Positions 1-9,629 of a stretch of DNA of 64,000 nucleotides are shown here, in pieces. Within the stretch, counting starts at the first letter, position 1; each line of letters begins with the position of its first letter. Under the pieces are notes generated by a model. That model searched no databases. It saw only the letters and a list, made by a program, of their open reading frames with translations, and was not told the origin of the DNA. Made by a program: the position numbers and the translations under genes. This DNA comes from an uncultured Lachnospiraceae bacterium. GTDB lineage: Bacteria > Bacillota > Clostridia > Lachnospirales > Lachnospiraceae. The stretch is taken from positions 2,903 to 66,902 of the forward strand of contig CACXFB010000038.1 in the NCBI GenBank assembly GCA_902766825.1, given 5' to 3'.

Positions 1-1855
1 CTCTCTCCCACATTGAACGAAGAACATTAGATGCTGTAGGAAGATGATAAGCCGGAAGCTCCATTACAAATGGTGCCGGATCACCAGCAAAAATTCTGGT
101 CTTCTTTAACATAATACCTGATATAATAATTGCCGCCATTCCAAGGAAATATGCACTTGGACCAACCCACCATGCACCATCAAACAATGCAACAGCAATC
201 ATTGCTATGATTGGAAGCTTTGCACCACAAGGAATAAATGTAGTTGTCATGATCGTCATACGACGGTCTCTTTCATTTTCAATTGTTCTTGAAGCCATTA
301 TTCCAGGAACTCCACATCCTGTTCCAATAAGAATAGGGATAAATGATTTTCCCGAAAGTCCAAAACGGCGGAATATTCTGTCCATAATAAATGCAACTCT
401 TGCCATGTAACCGCATGCCTCAAGAAATGCAAGGAATATAAATAATACAAGCATCTGTGGAACAAATCCGAGAACCGCACCAACACCCGCAACAATTCCG
501 TCAAGCACAAGACTCTTAACCCATTCACCGCAGTTAATTGCATCAAGTCCCTTTTCTACTACTACAGGTACTCCCGGAACCCACACACCATAATCGGCTG
601 GATCAGGAGCTGTAAATTCTCCATCTTCATCAAGAGCATCACCAAGCGCTTCATTTATGTCATATACATTGCCACCATCTTCTTCATGCTTGTAGAACTC
701 ATCCGCATAGAATCCATAAGCTTCTTCAAATGCATCAAAATCTCCATCTTCAAATGCGCCCGCAAGCTCATCTGCACCCTTAATTGTGGTGTCATTTGCT
801 GCATCATTTATAACATCTTCAACATCATCTGTAAACACATTTTCACTTGCCCACTTATCTTTCTCATCATCATAATCCCCACTAATTCCAAACAGATGGA
901 AACCATCACCGAACAAACCGTCATTAGCCCAATCCGTAGCCCATGTACCTACTGTTGTTACAGAAATATAATAAACAACAATCATTACAACCGCAAATAT
1001 AGGAAGTCCCAGGATACGGTTAGTAACTATCTTATCAATTTTATCAGATACCGTCAGTGCGCCCGCTGATTTCTTTTTGTAACTTCCTTTGATGACACTT
1101 GTTATATAATTATATCGCTCATTTGTTATGATTGACTCAGCATCATCATCCATTTCTTTTTCTACATTTTCAATAGCCTTGTTAATCTCGCTTAGAACAC
1201 TTTCATTAAGTTTTAGCTGTTCAAGAATTTTCTCATCATGCTCGAAAACCTTAATTGCATACCATCTTTTTTGTTCTTCTTTTATATCATACAATGCCAC
1301 ATCTTCTATGTGATTAACTACATTTTCCACTGAAGATGAAAATCTGTGAGCTGCTTCCATCTTTTTATCTTTTGCTGCTTTTATTGCAGCTGATGCAGCT
1401 TCCATTACTCCCTCAGACTTTAACGCCGATATTTCAACAATCTCACATCCAAGAGATTTTGAAAGAGCTCTTACATCAATCTTATCACCATTTTTTCTTA
1501 CAACATCCATCATGTTAATGGCAATAACCATAGGAATACCAAGCTCTGCAAGCTGTGTTGTAAGATAAAGATTTCTCTCAAGATTCGTTCCGTCAACAAT
1601 GTTAAGTATGGCATCCGGCTTCTCTGCCAAAAGATAATTTCTTGCAACCACTTCCTCCAAGGTATAAGGAGACAGTGAATAAATACCCGGCAGGTCAGTT
1701 ATTATAACATCATCATTCTTCTTAAGCTTTCCTTCTTTTTTTTCAACCGTAACTCCCGGCCAGTTACCTACAAACTGATTTGATCCGGTAAGCGCATTAA
1801 ATAATGTTGTCTTACCACTGTTTGGATTACCTGCTAAAGCAATCTTAATACTCAT
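1..1855 (-). CDS. feoB: Ferrous iron transporter FeoB, C-terminally truncated by the window edge
   Basis: Minus frame is open from position 1 to the ATG at 1853-1855. It is absent from the ORF track because no stop lies in the window. My translation MSIKIALAGNPNSGKTTLFNALTG...DLPGIYSL shows the FeoB G-domain (G1 GNPNSGKT, G3 DLPG). It lies downstream of two feoA genes. Confidence 0.9.
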   Translation of the reverse strand, partial: MSIKIALAGNPNSGKTTLFNALTGSNQFVGNWPGVTVEKKEGKLKKNDDVIITDLPGIYSLSPYTLEEVVARNYLLAEKPDAILNIVDGTNLERNLYLTTQLAELGIPMVIAINMMDVVRKNGDKIDVRALSKSLGCEIVEISALKSEGVMEAASAAIKAAKDKKMEAAHRFSSSVENVVNHIEDVALYDIKEEQKRWYAIKVFEHDEKILEQLKLNESVLSEINKAIENVEKEMDDDAESIITNERYNYITSVIKGSYKKKSAGALTVSDKIDKIVTNRILGLPIFAVVMIVVYYISVTTVGTWATDWANDGLFGDGFHLFGISGDYDDEKDKWASENVFTDDVEDVINDAANDTTIKGADELAGAFEDGDFDAFEEAYGFYADEFYKHEEDGGNVYDINEALGDALDEDGEFTAPDPADYGVWVPGVPVVVEKGLDAINCGEWVKSLVLDGIVAGVGAVLGFVPQMLVLFIFLAFLEACGYMARVAFIMDRIFRRFGLSGKSFIPILIGTGCGVPGIMASRTIENERDRRMTIMTTTFIPCGAKLPIIAMIAVALFDGAWWVGPSAYFLGMAAIIISGIMLKKTRIFAGDPAPFVMELPAYHLPTASNVLRSMWER

Positions 1856-2003
1856 TGTTTTTTTCCTCTCTTTCCTTTACGACAAGCTTAATAAATCTTT
1901 TGTAATTAAAAGCTTTATCCAACGCGGATTATATTGTTACGCTCCGCTAAGTTTGGTTAGCATATTCTAACCGATATTCAAAAAAAATTCCTCATTTATA
2001 GAC

Positions 2004-2222
2004 CTACTCTAACTCTATCATTGCAGCGTCCGCCTTTCTTATAGAAAGCTCATACCCTCTGACAGTCACCTCTATCGGATCTCCAAGTGGTGCAACCTTA
2101 CGCACAGACACAGTAACTCCCTTGGTTATTCCCATGTCCATTATTCTGCGTTTTACCGCACCTTCACCATTCACCTTAGTAACAGTAAATGACTGACCAA
2201 TCTTTGCTTCTTTAAGATTCAT
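2004..2222 (-). CDS. feoA: FeoA-family small iron transport protein
   Basis: 72 aa of SH3-like FeoA type (FTVTKV...RRIMDMGITKGVTVSVRKVAPLGDPIEV), immediately upstream of feoB. Confidence 0.85.
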   Translation of the reverse strand: MNLKEAKIGQSFTVTKVNGEGAVKRRIMDMGITKGVTVSVRKVAPLGDPIEVTVRGYELSIRKADAAMIELE

Positions 2223-2232
2223 AATATCCTCC

Positions 2233-2457
2233 TTAAACCATAATTTTCAAAGCCATCTCACGACTTAATGCAATTCTGCTTTCCTTAACATTAACAATAA
2301 GATTTCCCGCCACAGAATTTACAATCTTTACTTTTCCACCCTGAACAAGCCCAAGCTCTTCAAGATGCCTCTTAACCTGTGGCGAACCTCCAAGACATTT
2401 TATTGTATATTCTTTTTCCATATCCGCAAATGTAAGTGGCATCATCTCATCCTCCAT
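2233..2457 (-). CDS. feoA: FeoA-family protein, second copy
   Basis: 74 aa (YTIKCLGG...LEELGLVQGGKVKIVNSVAGNLIVNV). GGAGG inside the first codons suggests the true start may be the ATG at 2445. Confidence 0.8.
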   Translation of the reverse strand: MEDEMMPLTFADMEKEYTIKCLGGSPQVKRHLEELGLVQGGKVKIVNSVAGNLIVNVKESRIALSREMALKIMV

Positions 2458-2554
2458 TCTTCTACACCCATGCGCATTTTAATACATTAGTGCCAAGTGT
2501 CAAACAGCCGCTTTTAATTAGCTGTGGCTAACCTTAAGCAGTTGTATCTTACCA

Positions 2555-2606
2555 CCATAGAAAAAGAAAGTCAATAACCTTTTTAACTATAGTTATTGAC
2601 TTTCTT
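2555..2606 (-). terminator. Rho-independent terminator after the SbcC-like gene
   Basis: Perfect 15-bp inverted repeat AAGAAAGTCAATAAC (2564-2578) / GTTATTGACTTTCTT (2592-2606), followed on the minus strand by TTTTCTATGG. Confidence 0.5.
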
Positions 2607-2646
2607 AAGTACTCTTTTGTGAACCAACCGGATTATTACGAGTTTA

Positions 2647-5295
2647 CTACGCCCTTTCTTTACTACAGGTAAAATAAATAATCTGATATCTGGCTGCCAC
2701 ATGCTCCAAAAAGCGTCTGGCAGCTTTAACTTTCGAATCATCCATATTTGTAAAAGGATCATCAAATATAAGAACAGGTTTCTCATCTTCATACATCGCA
2801 TCCACAAGCGCCAGACGCAAACATATATCAATCAGATCCTTATATCCCGTACTCATATTTTCGACATTACGCTGCATCCCCATCTCGTCTATCAATACAT
2901 TAATATTGGCATCAAGTCTGAACGCATCCATTGCAATCGCATTATCACTGTCACTGCAAAGCAACTCATAATACATGTAAAATGCATTCAGAATAGGTGC
3001 ACTGTACTTTGCCGTCAGTGTTTCTTTTGCAACCTGCAATTTCTCCAATGCCATTTTTAAATACTTGTGCTTTTTGCTCTCGGCATCCTGAATCTCGTAC
3101 AATTCATTAAGTTCCTCTTTTGTCTCCTCCCACTCATCATACTTTTCGCGTATGTCATCTAACATCTTATTATAGTCGCTGATATTCTTTTGAAGTACGT
3201 CCGTCTCTTCGTCCATTTTTACAATATCATTGCTTATATCTTCTAAGCTCTCAGCATCTGACAACTGCACTTTATCAAACATATCAACATCAACATTTTC
3301 TTCAAACCTTGCTAATGTATCTTTTGCCTCCTTGAAGTTTGCATAAGCATTTTCATAATCAAAAACATTTTTTCTGATTATGTTAATCTTTTCTTTTCCG
3401 CCTGTATTTTCATCTGTTTCAAACCCGTATTTTTCAAAAAATGCATCCAGCGATTTTTTGTGCATTATAATCTCGTCATCGATTTCTTTAGCCTTATTAT
3501 CTCTTGCCAGATAATCATTATATTTTTTCAGGTCATTCTTAATATCATAAAGCTTACCTGTAAGTGCATGATCATCCACAATCTCAGCATTATCAAACTG
3601 CTTAATATATTCCTGCACCCTGGTTCTTATATTCTCAATCTGATGTGTTTTGTCATTCTCACTTAAAAGAGCTGCCTTTTCTTTTAACGATTTTAACTCT
3701 ACATACGCCTCTGTTATCTTTGCAAGCAATACTGATACTGTATTCTCATCATACTCTTTATTATGATTTGACAAAAACGTTTTAACTTCTTCTTCTGCCT
3801 TTTGAACGTAACTCTCATCCTTTTCAATCTCAGACTTGCACATTGATATTTCATTACCTTCATCATCAGGTAATTCACTTACCTTTTTCCCTTTAATTAT
3901 TCCAAATGTCACTGCCGCAACCGCCAACGCAAGTAAAATTGCACCTGCGGCAACTGAAACCGCTACAGTTACACCAATACCTGCAATAATTCCAATCAAA
4001 CCTGTAAACAGAATAATAAGTGATGTACTTTTTTCCTGTGATTTTGATGAAATCTTACCTGATGATTCAAGCACCTGCAAAGTTGCTTTGTTAGTCAAAA
4101 TTGATGCCTTTTTACCGTTTCGTTCATTCCAGATTGCATTAATCTCAGAAACAGTTGATTTATCCCCGGCAAACTCATCCTCGAGTTCAGTTAATCTCCT
4201 ATTATCCCTCTCACTTAACTGCAATCCGGCCATCTCTTCCGTATACTTATTAAGTGTGGCAACCTCTTTTACCATCTGATCAATGTCGCCATCTGACGGA
4301 ACGCAGTTTCCTTCGTCAAACATACGAACAATCCTGTTATACTCCGTGCTCTCTTCTTCTGTCAGAACATAAGCTTTCTTTCGTTCCCTTGATTTTTCCC
4401 ATAAGTCACATGCACTGTCCGCTTTATCAACTTCCGTTTTTGTCGGGATGTCGCCCTTAAACTTATTCTTTGCCTGATTGTAAGGAATCTCTTTTTCAGC
4501 GCAGTTCTTTTTAAGTCTCTCCCACTCTCCCTTTTTAGCAATAATCTTACCGGCATCAGACAACTTCTTTTGTTTATCAAGTGCTTCTTTTTTTACCGCT
4601 TTTAACTCATCATACTTCTCCTGAACAAGTGACAGTTTTGAATTAATCTCATCCATGCTGTCTAATATGTTTTCCCCATCCTTTACAAATCTCTCAAGTT
4701 CAGTAATTCTTACCTTTCTCTTGTTAATGGTACCGGTAACACGCCTTGGATTAAGTTCATTAATATACTTTGTCAGTCTTTCTTCTGCTGCCTCAAAGCT
4801 GTTCAAATCATTTGTATTATCAGTAATATTGCCAATCTTAGAATTAATATCATCCATTGCTTTGGCGCGCATTTCATCCTGCCCGATAAACACGGTTCTG
4901 ATAAATGAATCCGCACTTATCCCGAATATTTCTTCACCTATTTTCTCAGAATAATCCTCGCAAATAATGTTGGTTTTGGCATTTCTAAGCTCAAACTGAT
5001 CATTTACTTCTTTATCTTTAAAAACCCTTGTGATTTCATAGCATTTATCATCTGTTTCAAACTGAAGCTTTCCTCCAAAAACTCCGCCCTGCCAAGGCGC
5101 AAAACGCTTTCTCTCATTGTCCAGTGTCCTTTTTCTGTCCCCGTAAAGCCCATAAAACATTGCCTTGATAAATACAGCAAATGTGCTTTTTCCCCATCCG
5201 TTATCTTCACAAATGACATTATTGCCGTCGCTAAAATCAAAGGAAACATCATGAAGTTTTCCAAAATTTTCGATATGACATGAAATAATCTTCAT
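2647..5295 (-). CDS. SMC-like AAA ATPase, SbcC/Rad50 (YhaN/SbcE-like)
   Basis: 882 aa. N-terminal Walker A (NGWGKST), long K/E-rich coiled-coil-like middle with one strongly hydrophobic segment (LIILFTGLIGIIAGIGVTVAVSVAAGAILLALAVAAV), signature-like MSTGYKD and Walker B LIFDDPF at the C-terminus. Start overlaps the stop of the upstream nuclease gene. Confidence 0.75.
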   Translation of the reverse strand: MKIISCHIENFGKLHDVSFDFSDGNNVICEDNGWGKSTFAVFIKAMFYGLYGDRKRTLDNERKRFAPWQGGVFGGKLQFETDDKCYEITRVFKDKEVNDQFELRNAKTNIICEDYSEKIGEEIFGISADSFIRTVFIGQDEMRAKAMDDINSKIGNITDNTNDLNSFEAAEERLTKYINELNPRRVTGTINKRKVRITELERFVKDGENILDSMDEINSKLSLVQEKYDELKAVKKEALDKQKKLSDAGKIIAKKGEWERLKKNCAEKEIPYNQAKNKFKGDIPTKTEVDKADSACDLWEKSRERKKAYVLTEEESTEYNRIVRMFDEGNCVPSDGDIDQMVKEVATLNKYTEEMAGLQLSERDNRRLTELEDEFAGDKSTVSEINAIWNERNGKKASILTNKATLQVLESSGKISSKSQEKSTSLIILFTGLIGIIAGIGVTVAVSVAAGAILLALAVAAVTFGIIKGKKVSELPDDEGNEISMCKSEIEKDESYVQKAEEEVKTFLSNHNKEYDENTVSVLLAKITEAYVELKSLKEKAALLSENDKTHQIENIRTRVQEYIKQFDNAEIVDDHALTGKLYDIKNDLKKYNDYLARDNKAKEIDDEIIMHKKSLDAFFEKYGFETDENTGGKEKINIIRKNVFDYENAYANFKEAKDTLARFEENVDVDMFDKVQLSDAESLEDISNDIVKMDEETDVLQKNISDYNKMLDDIREKYDEWEETKEELNELYEIQDAESKKHKYLKMALEKLQVAKETLTAKYSAPILNAFYMYYELLCSDSDNAIAMDAFRLDANINVLIDEMGMQRNVENMSTGYKDLIDICLRLALVDAMYEDEKPVLIFDDPFTNMDDSKVKAARRFLEHVAARYQIIYFTCSKERA

Positions 5296-6398
5296 TATTC
5301 GTTTATCTCCTCTCCGGCAATAGCCATTAATCCGTATCTTATAATATGCTTTTTATCATCTTCATCAATTGACGCATCCCCCATAACCTGACGCACAAAC
5401 TCTCCCTTTAATGATTCATCAAGCATATAATCCTCTATGTCAATTTTTAATGCAGTCTCATCATATACTTTTACAAAGAAATACTTCTCTTTAAAGTATG
5501 CTCTAACATGGTCTGTATCCTTCTCACATTCCACATCCATTGCACCTTTAAGAATAATCTTTATAAGTGATTTGCTGTCATAATTATTCTCTTTAAGCAC
5601 TTCCTGCACATTGCTTATAATCTGCGCGGTCGTGTCACAACCTGTTACATCCACTGTAACCGTATATAGATTTCTGTATGCAAAAGGCACGAATTCATGA
5701 GTATATTTTCCGGTGTCTTCATCAATATCAAGCACCACAAAACCATGCTCACCACACTCATCAAATCCTCTTCCCTCAAGGCATCCCGGATAACAATAAA
5801 CTGCTCTTGGATCAAGCTGTTCCTTTTTGTAAGCATGAACATGTCCAAGAGCCAGATAATCAATTCCCTTATTTCTAAGTGCCTTAAGATTAATAATCTC
5901 TGCCTTATCCTTAACACTTGCTTCAAACTCCTGCCCGTGAAGCATGACAATATTAAATTTATCATTATCAGGCACCAGCGACACATAGACCTGACCGGCA
6001 TTTTTATTAGAAAGTTCCACGCCACTTATCGTTATCTTTCCAGCTTCCTCTTCGTAAGTAGTCCACTGCTCCGAAAACAACCTGAGATTGTCCGGCACTT
6101 CCTCCAAACCTGCAAGGAAATTATCGTTATCGTGATTGCCTCTAAGACAGTAAAATGTAATTTCTTTATGACTGTTAATGCTTTGCAACACAGTGTTTCT
6201 TGTTGTAGCCGATATGTTTTTAGTATCAAACATATCTCCTGCAATCAGTATCGCACTAATCTCATTCTCAACCGCGTACTCCACCATACGCTCAAATGTA
6301 TGTAATAATTCCGTCTTTCTTATCTTTGCTTTTTCTTTATCAAGATTTGCCGCCATCTTTGAATCAAGATGCAAATCCGCACAATGAATGAATTTCAT
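5295..6398 (-). CDS. Metallophosphoesterase DNA exonuclease, SbcD/Mre11 (YhaO-like)
   Basis: 367 aa with calcineurin-like motifs CADLHLDS, GDMFD, GNHD, MLHGQ, GHVH. Paired with the SMC-like ATPase. Confidence 0.8.
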   Translation of the reverse strand: MKFIHCADLHLDSKMAANLDKEKAKIRKTELLHTFERMVEYAVENEISAILIAGDMFDTKNISATTRNTVLQSINSHKEITFYCLRGNHDNDNFLAGLEEVPDNLRLFSEQWTTYEEEAGKITISGVELSNKNAGQVYVSLVPDNDKFNIVMLHGQEFEASVKDKAEIINLKALRNKGIDYLALGHVHAYKKEQLDPRAVYCYPGCLEGRGFDECGEHGFVVLDIDEDTGKYTHEFVPFAYRNLYTVTVDVTGCDTTAQIISNVQEVLKENNYDSKSLIKIILKGAMDVECEKDTDHVRAYFKEKYFFVKVYDETALKIDIEDYMLDESLKGEFVRQVMGDASIDEDDKKHIIRYGLMAIAGEEINE

Positions 6399-6412
6399 TT
6401 TATTCTTCCTCG

Positions 6413-7069
6413 CTATATATAATCTTTTAAAGTTATAAGCTTTTCTTTAATATCTACCCCATAATTTTCAGCAAATTCAAACAACCATTTTTTATCCTCT
6501 TTTCTATATGGATTCTTAAAAAATCTTCTGATGAATTTAGCCAAATGGCTTCTAAATGACCATCTAAGATCCGAGGCATCATTAATATCTTCAAAGTCAA
6601 TTACTGTTTGATTCTCATCCACTTCTCCTCTAATATACCTTAAAATAAGAATGTCTGCAAATGTAAACGGCATAACCTCATCTTCAAACTGAAGCAAGGA
6701 CATATATGGTCCACCCTGTTTTATATCATCTGTAACTAGCGAATAAACCCCTAATGTTTGAGCTAAAGAAATCGCATAAACTTCCCCTAAATCACCCGTT
6801 CCGTATAAATTTTTATTCTCATTAACATTATTCAAAAAAATATTATATACTGATTCACTTTTTAACTTACCCTCTGTAAACACCTCTATCTTTCCGCTTG
6901 TAATATCAGCATCTATCCTATCAAGCAAGTTATATGCGTGTTTTTTTAATTCAACATTACGAATCTGTTCATATATGCAAACTCCCTCATCGAAAAAATC
7001 AAATATTATATTTTCTAGACCAGCCGCATAAAAATGAATAATAACATTTGTATCTAAAGAGGCTCTCAT
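6413..7069 (-). CDS. PIN-like domain protein (predicted nuclease)
   Basis: 218 aa. N-terminal LDTNVII, then GDLGEVYAISLA and LVTDD, an acidic-residue pattern typical of PIN folds. Only 2 nt after the ImmA-like gene. Confidence 0.5.
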   Translation of the reverse strand: MRASLDTNVIIHFYAAGLENIIFDFFDEGVCIYEQIRNVELKKHAYNLLDRIDADITSGKIEVFTEGKLKSESVYNIFLNNVNENKNLYGTGDLGEVYAISLAQTLGVYSLVTDDIKQGGPYMSLLQFEDEVMPFTFADILILRYIRGEVDENQTVIDFEDINDASDLRWSFRSHLAKFIRRFFKNPYRKEDKKWLFEFAENYGVDIKEKLITLKDYI

Positions 7070-7071
7070 TA

Positions 7072-7884
7072 TTACAATCCCCCTATCAAACTCTCCAAAT
7101 CATCATCTGCATCAGTGTGTTCCACTAATCTGTCGCTTACATCTTCTATTGTTAACTTATAATATAAAAGAGCTCTCTCCAAAGTTTCTTTAGGAATTGC
7201 ATTATGATTATAATTATAAATTACACAATCAAGATATTCATATGGTAAATCAACTTCATTGCTTGAACAATTCAGTCTTGCATTACCTCCAACACTTTTT
7301 AACAGATTACTTACTCTTAGCTTATTTTTTTCAGTGTCCAATATTAAACGCTGGGCAGCATCTATCTTTTCAAGATTTTCAAGACGATTTAAAACCATCT
7401 CAAAACTAACATTGAACTCCGACATCATTCTGGCAATATCCATGGCAGATAAACCATCATCTCTAAAATTGGGTAACTCTAAATCCAAAAATCTATTTAC
7501 CTCTTCCGAAGGCATTAATAGACAAGCCGCAAAATAATTAGCCTCCTGTTCATTTTCATCATTACATCTACCTGCAATGGTGGTTTTATCATCAACAAAA
7601 TGCATATTCATATTTTGATGAAGAATAATATGCCCTATTTCATGCGCTAATGTAAATATTTCCCTTGACAATCTATTGCTTGTGTTGGTAAAAATTATAA
7701 TATCGTTGTCTTTCTTTAACACAAATCCCAAATCAGCATTCTCTCCCAAAGGATATCTGATAAGTTTATAACCACATCTTTCACACTCTTTAAACAAGTC
7801 TATTATACCATACCTGCTCAACTTACATTTTTCTCTAAATAAATCAGCCTTCTTGCGTATTTCTCTCTTAATACTCTCCTGCAT
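7072..7884 (-). CDS. ImmA/IrrE-family zinc metallopeptidase
   Basis: 270 aa with the HExxH motif (AHEIGHIILH) in the COG2856-type context, directly downstream of an XRE repressor gene. Confidence 0.8.
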   Translation of the reverse strand: MQESIKREIRKKADLFREKCKLSRYGIIDLFKECERCGYKLIRYPLGENADLGFVLKKDNDIIIFTNTSNRLSREIFTLAHEIGHIILHQNMNMHFVDDKTTIAGRCNDENEQEANYFAACLLMPSEEVNRFLDLELPNFRDDGLSAMDIARMMSEFNVSFEMVLNRLENLEKIDAAQRLILDTEKNKLRVSNLLKSVGGNARLNCSSNEVDLPYEYLDCVIYNYNHNAIPKETLERALLYYKLTIEDVSDRLVEHTDADDDLESLIGGL

Positions 7885-7895
7885 ATAAACACCAC

Positions 7896-8234
7896 CTATT
7901 CTAAATCATTATTTCTAAGCTTATTGTACATGTGCTTGTTTGCATAAAACAAATCCAGCATCTCAAACAATTCTGTTGACGAATCATTCTCTCCAGCTCT
8001 ATATGCAACAGCAAGTTGAACATCAATAACTTTTGTAATGTCTCCTACCATTACATCAAGTAACAAGGACACTTTAGCCAAAATCTCCAACGTAATACTG
8101 TTAACGCCATTTTCAATACGCGCATATTTCTGTCTGCTAATACCTATACGTTCAGCCATATACTCCTGTGTATATCCTTTTGCAATTCTTAATTCTTTAA
8201 TTCGGCCACCCAACAAAACGTTCATATTCATCAA
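7896..8234 (-). CDS. XRE-family helix-turn-helix transcriptional regulator
   Basis: 112 aa. HTH_3-type N-terminus (LRIAKGYTQEYMAERIGISRQKYARIENG). Confidence 0.85.
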   Translation of the reverse strand: MMNMNVLLGGRIKELRIAKGYTQEYMAERIGISRQKYARIENGVNSITLEILAKVSLLLDVMVGDITKVIDVQLAVAYRAGENDSSTELFEMLDLFYANKHMYNKLRNNDLE

Positions 8235-8286
8235 CTCCTTTAGTTGTTATCTTTATCATAACATAGAAATAATAAAAATCAACCGC

Positions 8287-8310
8287 CAATGTTATAAAAT
8301 TATAACATTG
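8287..8310. promoter_or_regulatory. 24-bp perfect palindrome, candidate XRE operator
   Basis: CAATGTTATAAAATTATAACATTG reads identically on both strands. It lies about 55 nt upstream of the XRE start, next to a TTGATT-N16-TATGAT promoter-like pair on the minus strand. Confidence 0.45.
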
Positions 8311-8343
8311 CATTCACGTATGTGTTATAAATATGTTTATGTT

Positions 8344-8390
8344 AATAAAAAATGACGTTAATTCTCACGCTTTCGATAATTAACGTCATT
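8344..8390 (-). terminator. Rho-independent terminator of the flavodoxin gene
   Basis: 13-bp perfect stem AATGACGTTAATT/AATTAACGTCATT (8351-8390), followed on the minus strand by TTTTTTATT. Confidence 0.65.
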
Positions 8391-8410
8391 CTTTATTAAG
8401 TTATTATGTT

Positions 8411-8833
8411 TTAACAAAGCATTTCGCCTAACTCCTTGCATTGTGCAAGTTCATCGTCATTTGGCTCATTATTCGCCATAACTCCATCACAAACAAGATT
8501 TGCTCCCGCCGCTACAGCTCTGTCCTGCCAGTCTCTCATCCATTGGCCATCTCCCCAGCCATAAGAACCAAACAGACCAATCTTCTTTCCTTTTAGATAA
8601 CCTTCGACATCCAAAAACATCGGTTCAAATTCTGTTTCTTCAAGGACTTCTGCCCCCATTGCCGGGCATCCAAAAGCTATGGCATCATATCCTGCAACAT
8701 CTGTCCCGCTAAACTGTGCCGGACCAATATATTCAACTTGTGCTCCCTTTGCTGCTGCCGCATCACCAACAGCCTGCGCCATAATTCCGGTGTTACCGGT
8801 ACCCGTCCAATAAACAACTGCTATCTTACTCAT
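8411..8833 (-). CDS. Short-chain flavodoxin
   Basis: 140 aa. IAVVYWTGTGNTGIMA FMN-phosphate loop and typical flavodoxin length. Confidence 0.9.
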   Translation of the reverse strand: MSKIAVVYWTGTGNTGIMAQAVGDAAAAKGAQVEYIGPAQFSGTDVAGYDAIAFGCPAMGAEVLEETEFEPMFLDVEGYLKGKKIGLFGSYGWGDGQWMRDWQDRAVAAGANLVCDGVMANNEPNDDELAQCKELGEMLC

Positions 8834-8866
8834 AATTAATCCTTTCCGGGATAATCCCTTTTATAT

Positions 8867-9439
8867 TTATGCGCTGACCACAAGACTCTCCAAAGAGTTA
8901 CCTGTCTTGTATCTCGCGACATAATCCATAGTACATTTTTTATATTTTTTAAACATGTTCAGAGCCTCTTTTTCATCTCCATACACTTTCCAGTTTCCAA
9001 CACACTTGTAGTACTCACCTTTATTTCTTATAAATCCTTTTACGTCTTCAGGCGGATATCCAAGAAATGCCCCTATCTCATGTGGAAATTCCTGATTACA
9101 TTTCATTCCCTCAAACCTATCCCTAAGATATCTTACGCACGTGCACGGATTATCAACTTCATACCCTATAGCCGAAAGGAGTGCAGATATTTCATCATTC
9201 TTTAAATCTTGCTCCAAAAGTCTCGGTCGATATACATACAAAAGGAATCTGTTTTTTTCTCCCATTACCGGAATTAAATATATTCCTTTTTTCACAAACT
9301 TATGATTAACAGCCCTTACTTCTGCCATCATTATTTTTTTATCAGAGTATTCATACGAAAATAAACTTGCTGTTTTTATTCCCGCAAGTGTCGGTGAACA
9401 ATATTCTATCAGAGCTTCTTCGAGCTTATGAATATTCAT
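8867..9439 (-). CDS. DUF3793-like protein
   Basis: ORF-track start 9475 is unlikely. ATG at 9439 (MNIHKLEEALIEYCSPTLAGIKTASLF) is preceded by GGAGG. Family call is from motif recall and the pairing with flavodoxin. Confidence 0.55.
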   Translation of the reverse strand: MNIHKLEEALIEYCSPTLAGIKTASLFSYEYSDKKIMMAEVRAVNHKFVKKGIYLIPVMGEKNRFLLYVYRPRLLEQDLKNDEISALLSAIGYEVDNPCTCVRYLRDRFEGMKCNQEFPHEIGAFLGYPPEDVKGFIRNKGEYYKCVGNWKVYGDEKEALNMFKKYKKCTMDYVARYKTGNSLESLVVSA

Positions 9440-9487
9440 TGTTGTTTTCCTCCGAATAATATAAATATACCTCAACCATAGTTAGTT

Positions 9488-9509
9488 ATAACTAACTATA
9501 CCTTAAAAA
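9488..9509. promoter_or_regulatory. 22-bp perfect palindrome, candidate operator
   Basis: ATAGTTAGTTATAACTAACTAT is self-complementary, about 50 nt upstream of the 9439 start codon. Confidence 0.4.
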
Positions 9510-9629
9510 TTTTGCATATACCACAGACAAGAAAATAGTTCTTGTCTGCAGATATGCTTTGTTAAACATTGCTTTAGTTGGTAATATGATAGTTAATATA
9601 ATTCACATAGAGGTTAGCTTTTATTAACC

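Noticed and set aside
686-1069. Plus-strand ORFs antisense to long minus-strand genes, for example 686-1069, 3836-4279, 10280-10756, 17304-17777, 29487-29996, 39960-40340 and 60285-60899.
   Set aside because: They lie fully inside well-supported minus-strand genes and translate to low-complexity, Ser/Leu/Ile/Phe-rich strings with no motifs and no RBS. They are typical shadow ORFs of AT-rich coding DNA.
2564-2606. The 15-bp inverted repeat as a Fur box for the feoA promoter.
   Set aside because: The half-sites (GTCAATAAC) and the 13-nt spacer do not fit the 7-1-7/19-bp Fur consensus. Its position and U-tract fit a terminator for the upstream operon.
6413-8234. XRE-ImmA as a prophage or ICE immunity region.
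   Set aside because: There is no integrase, excisionase, structural phage gene, conjugation gene or att-like repeat within 10 kb on either side.
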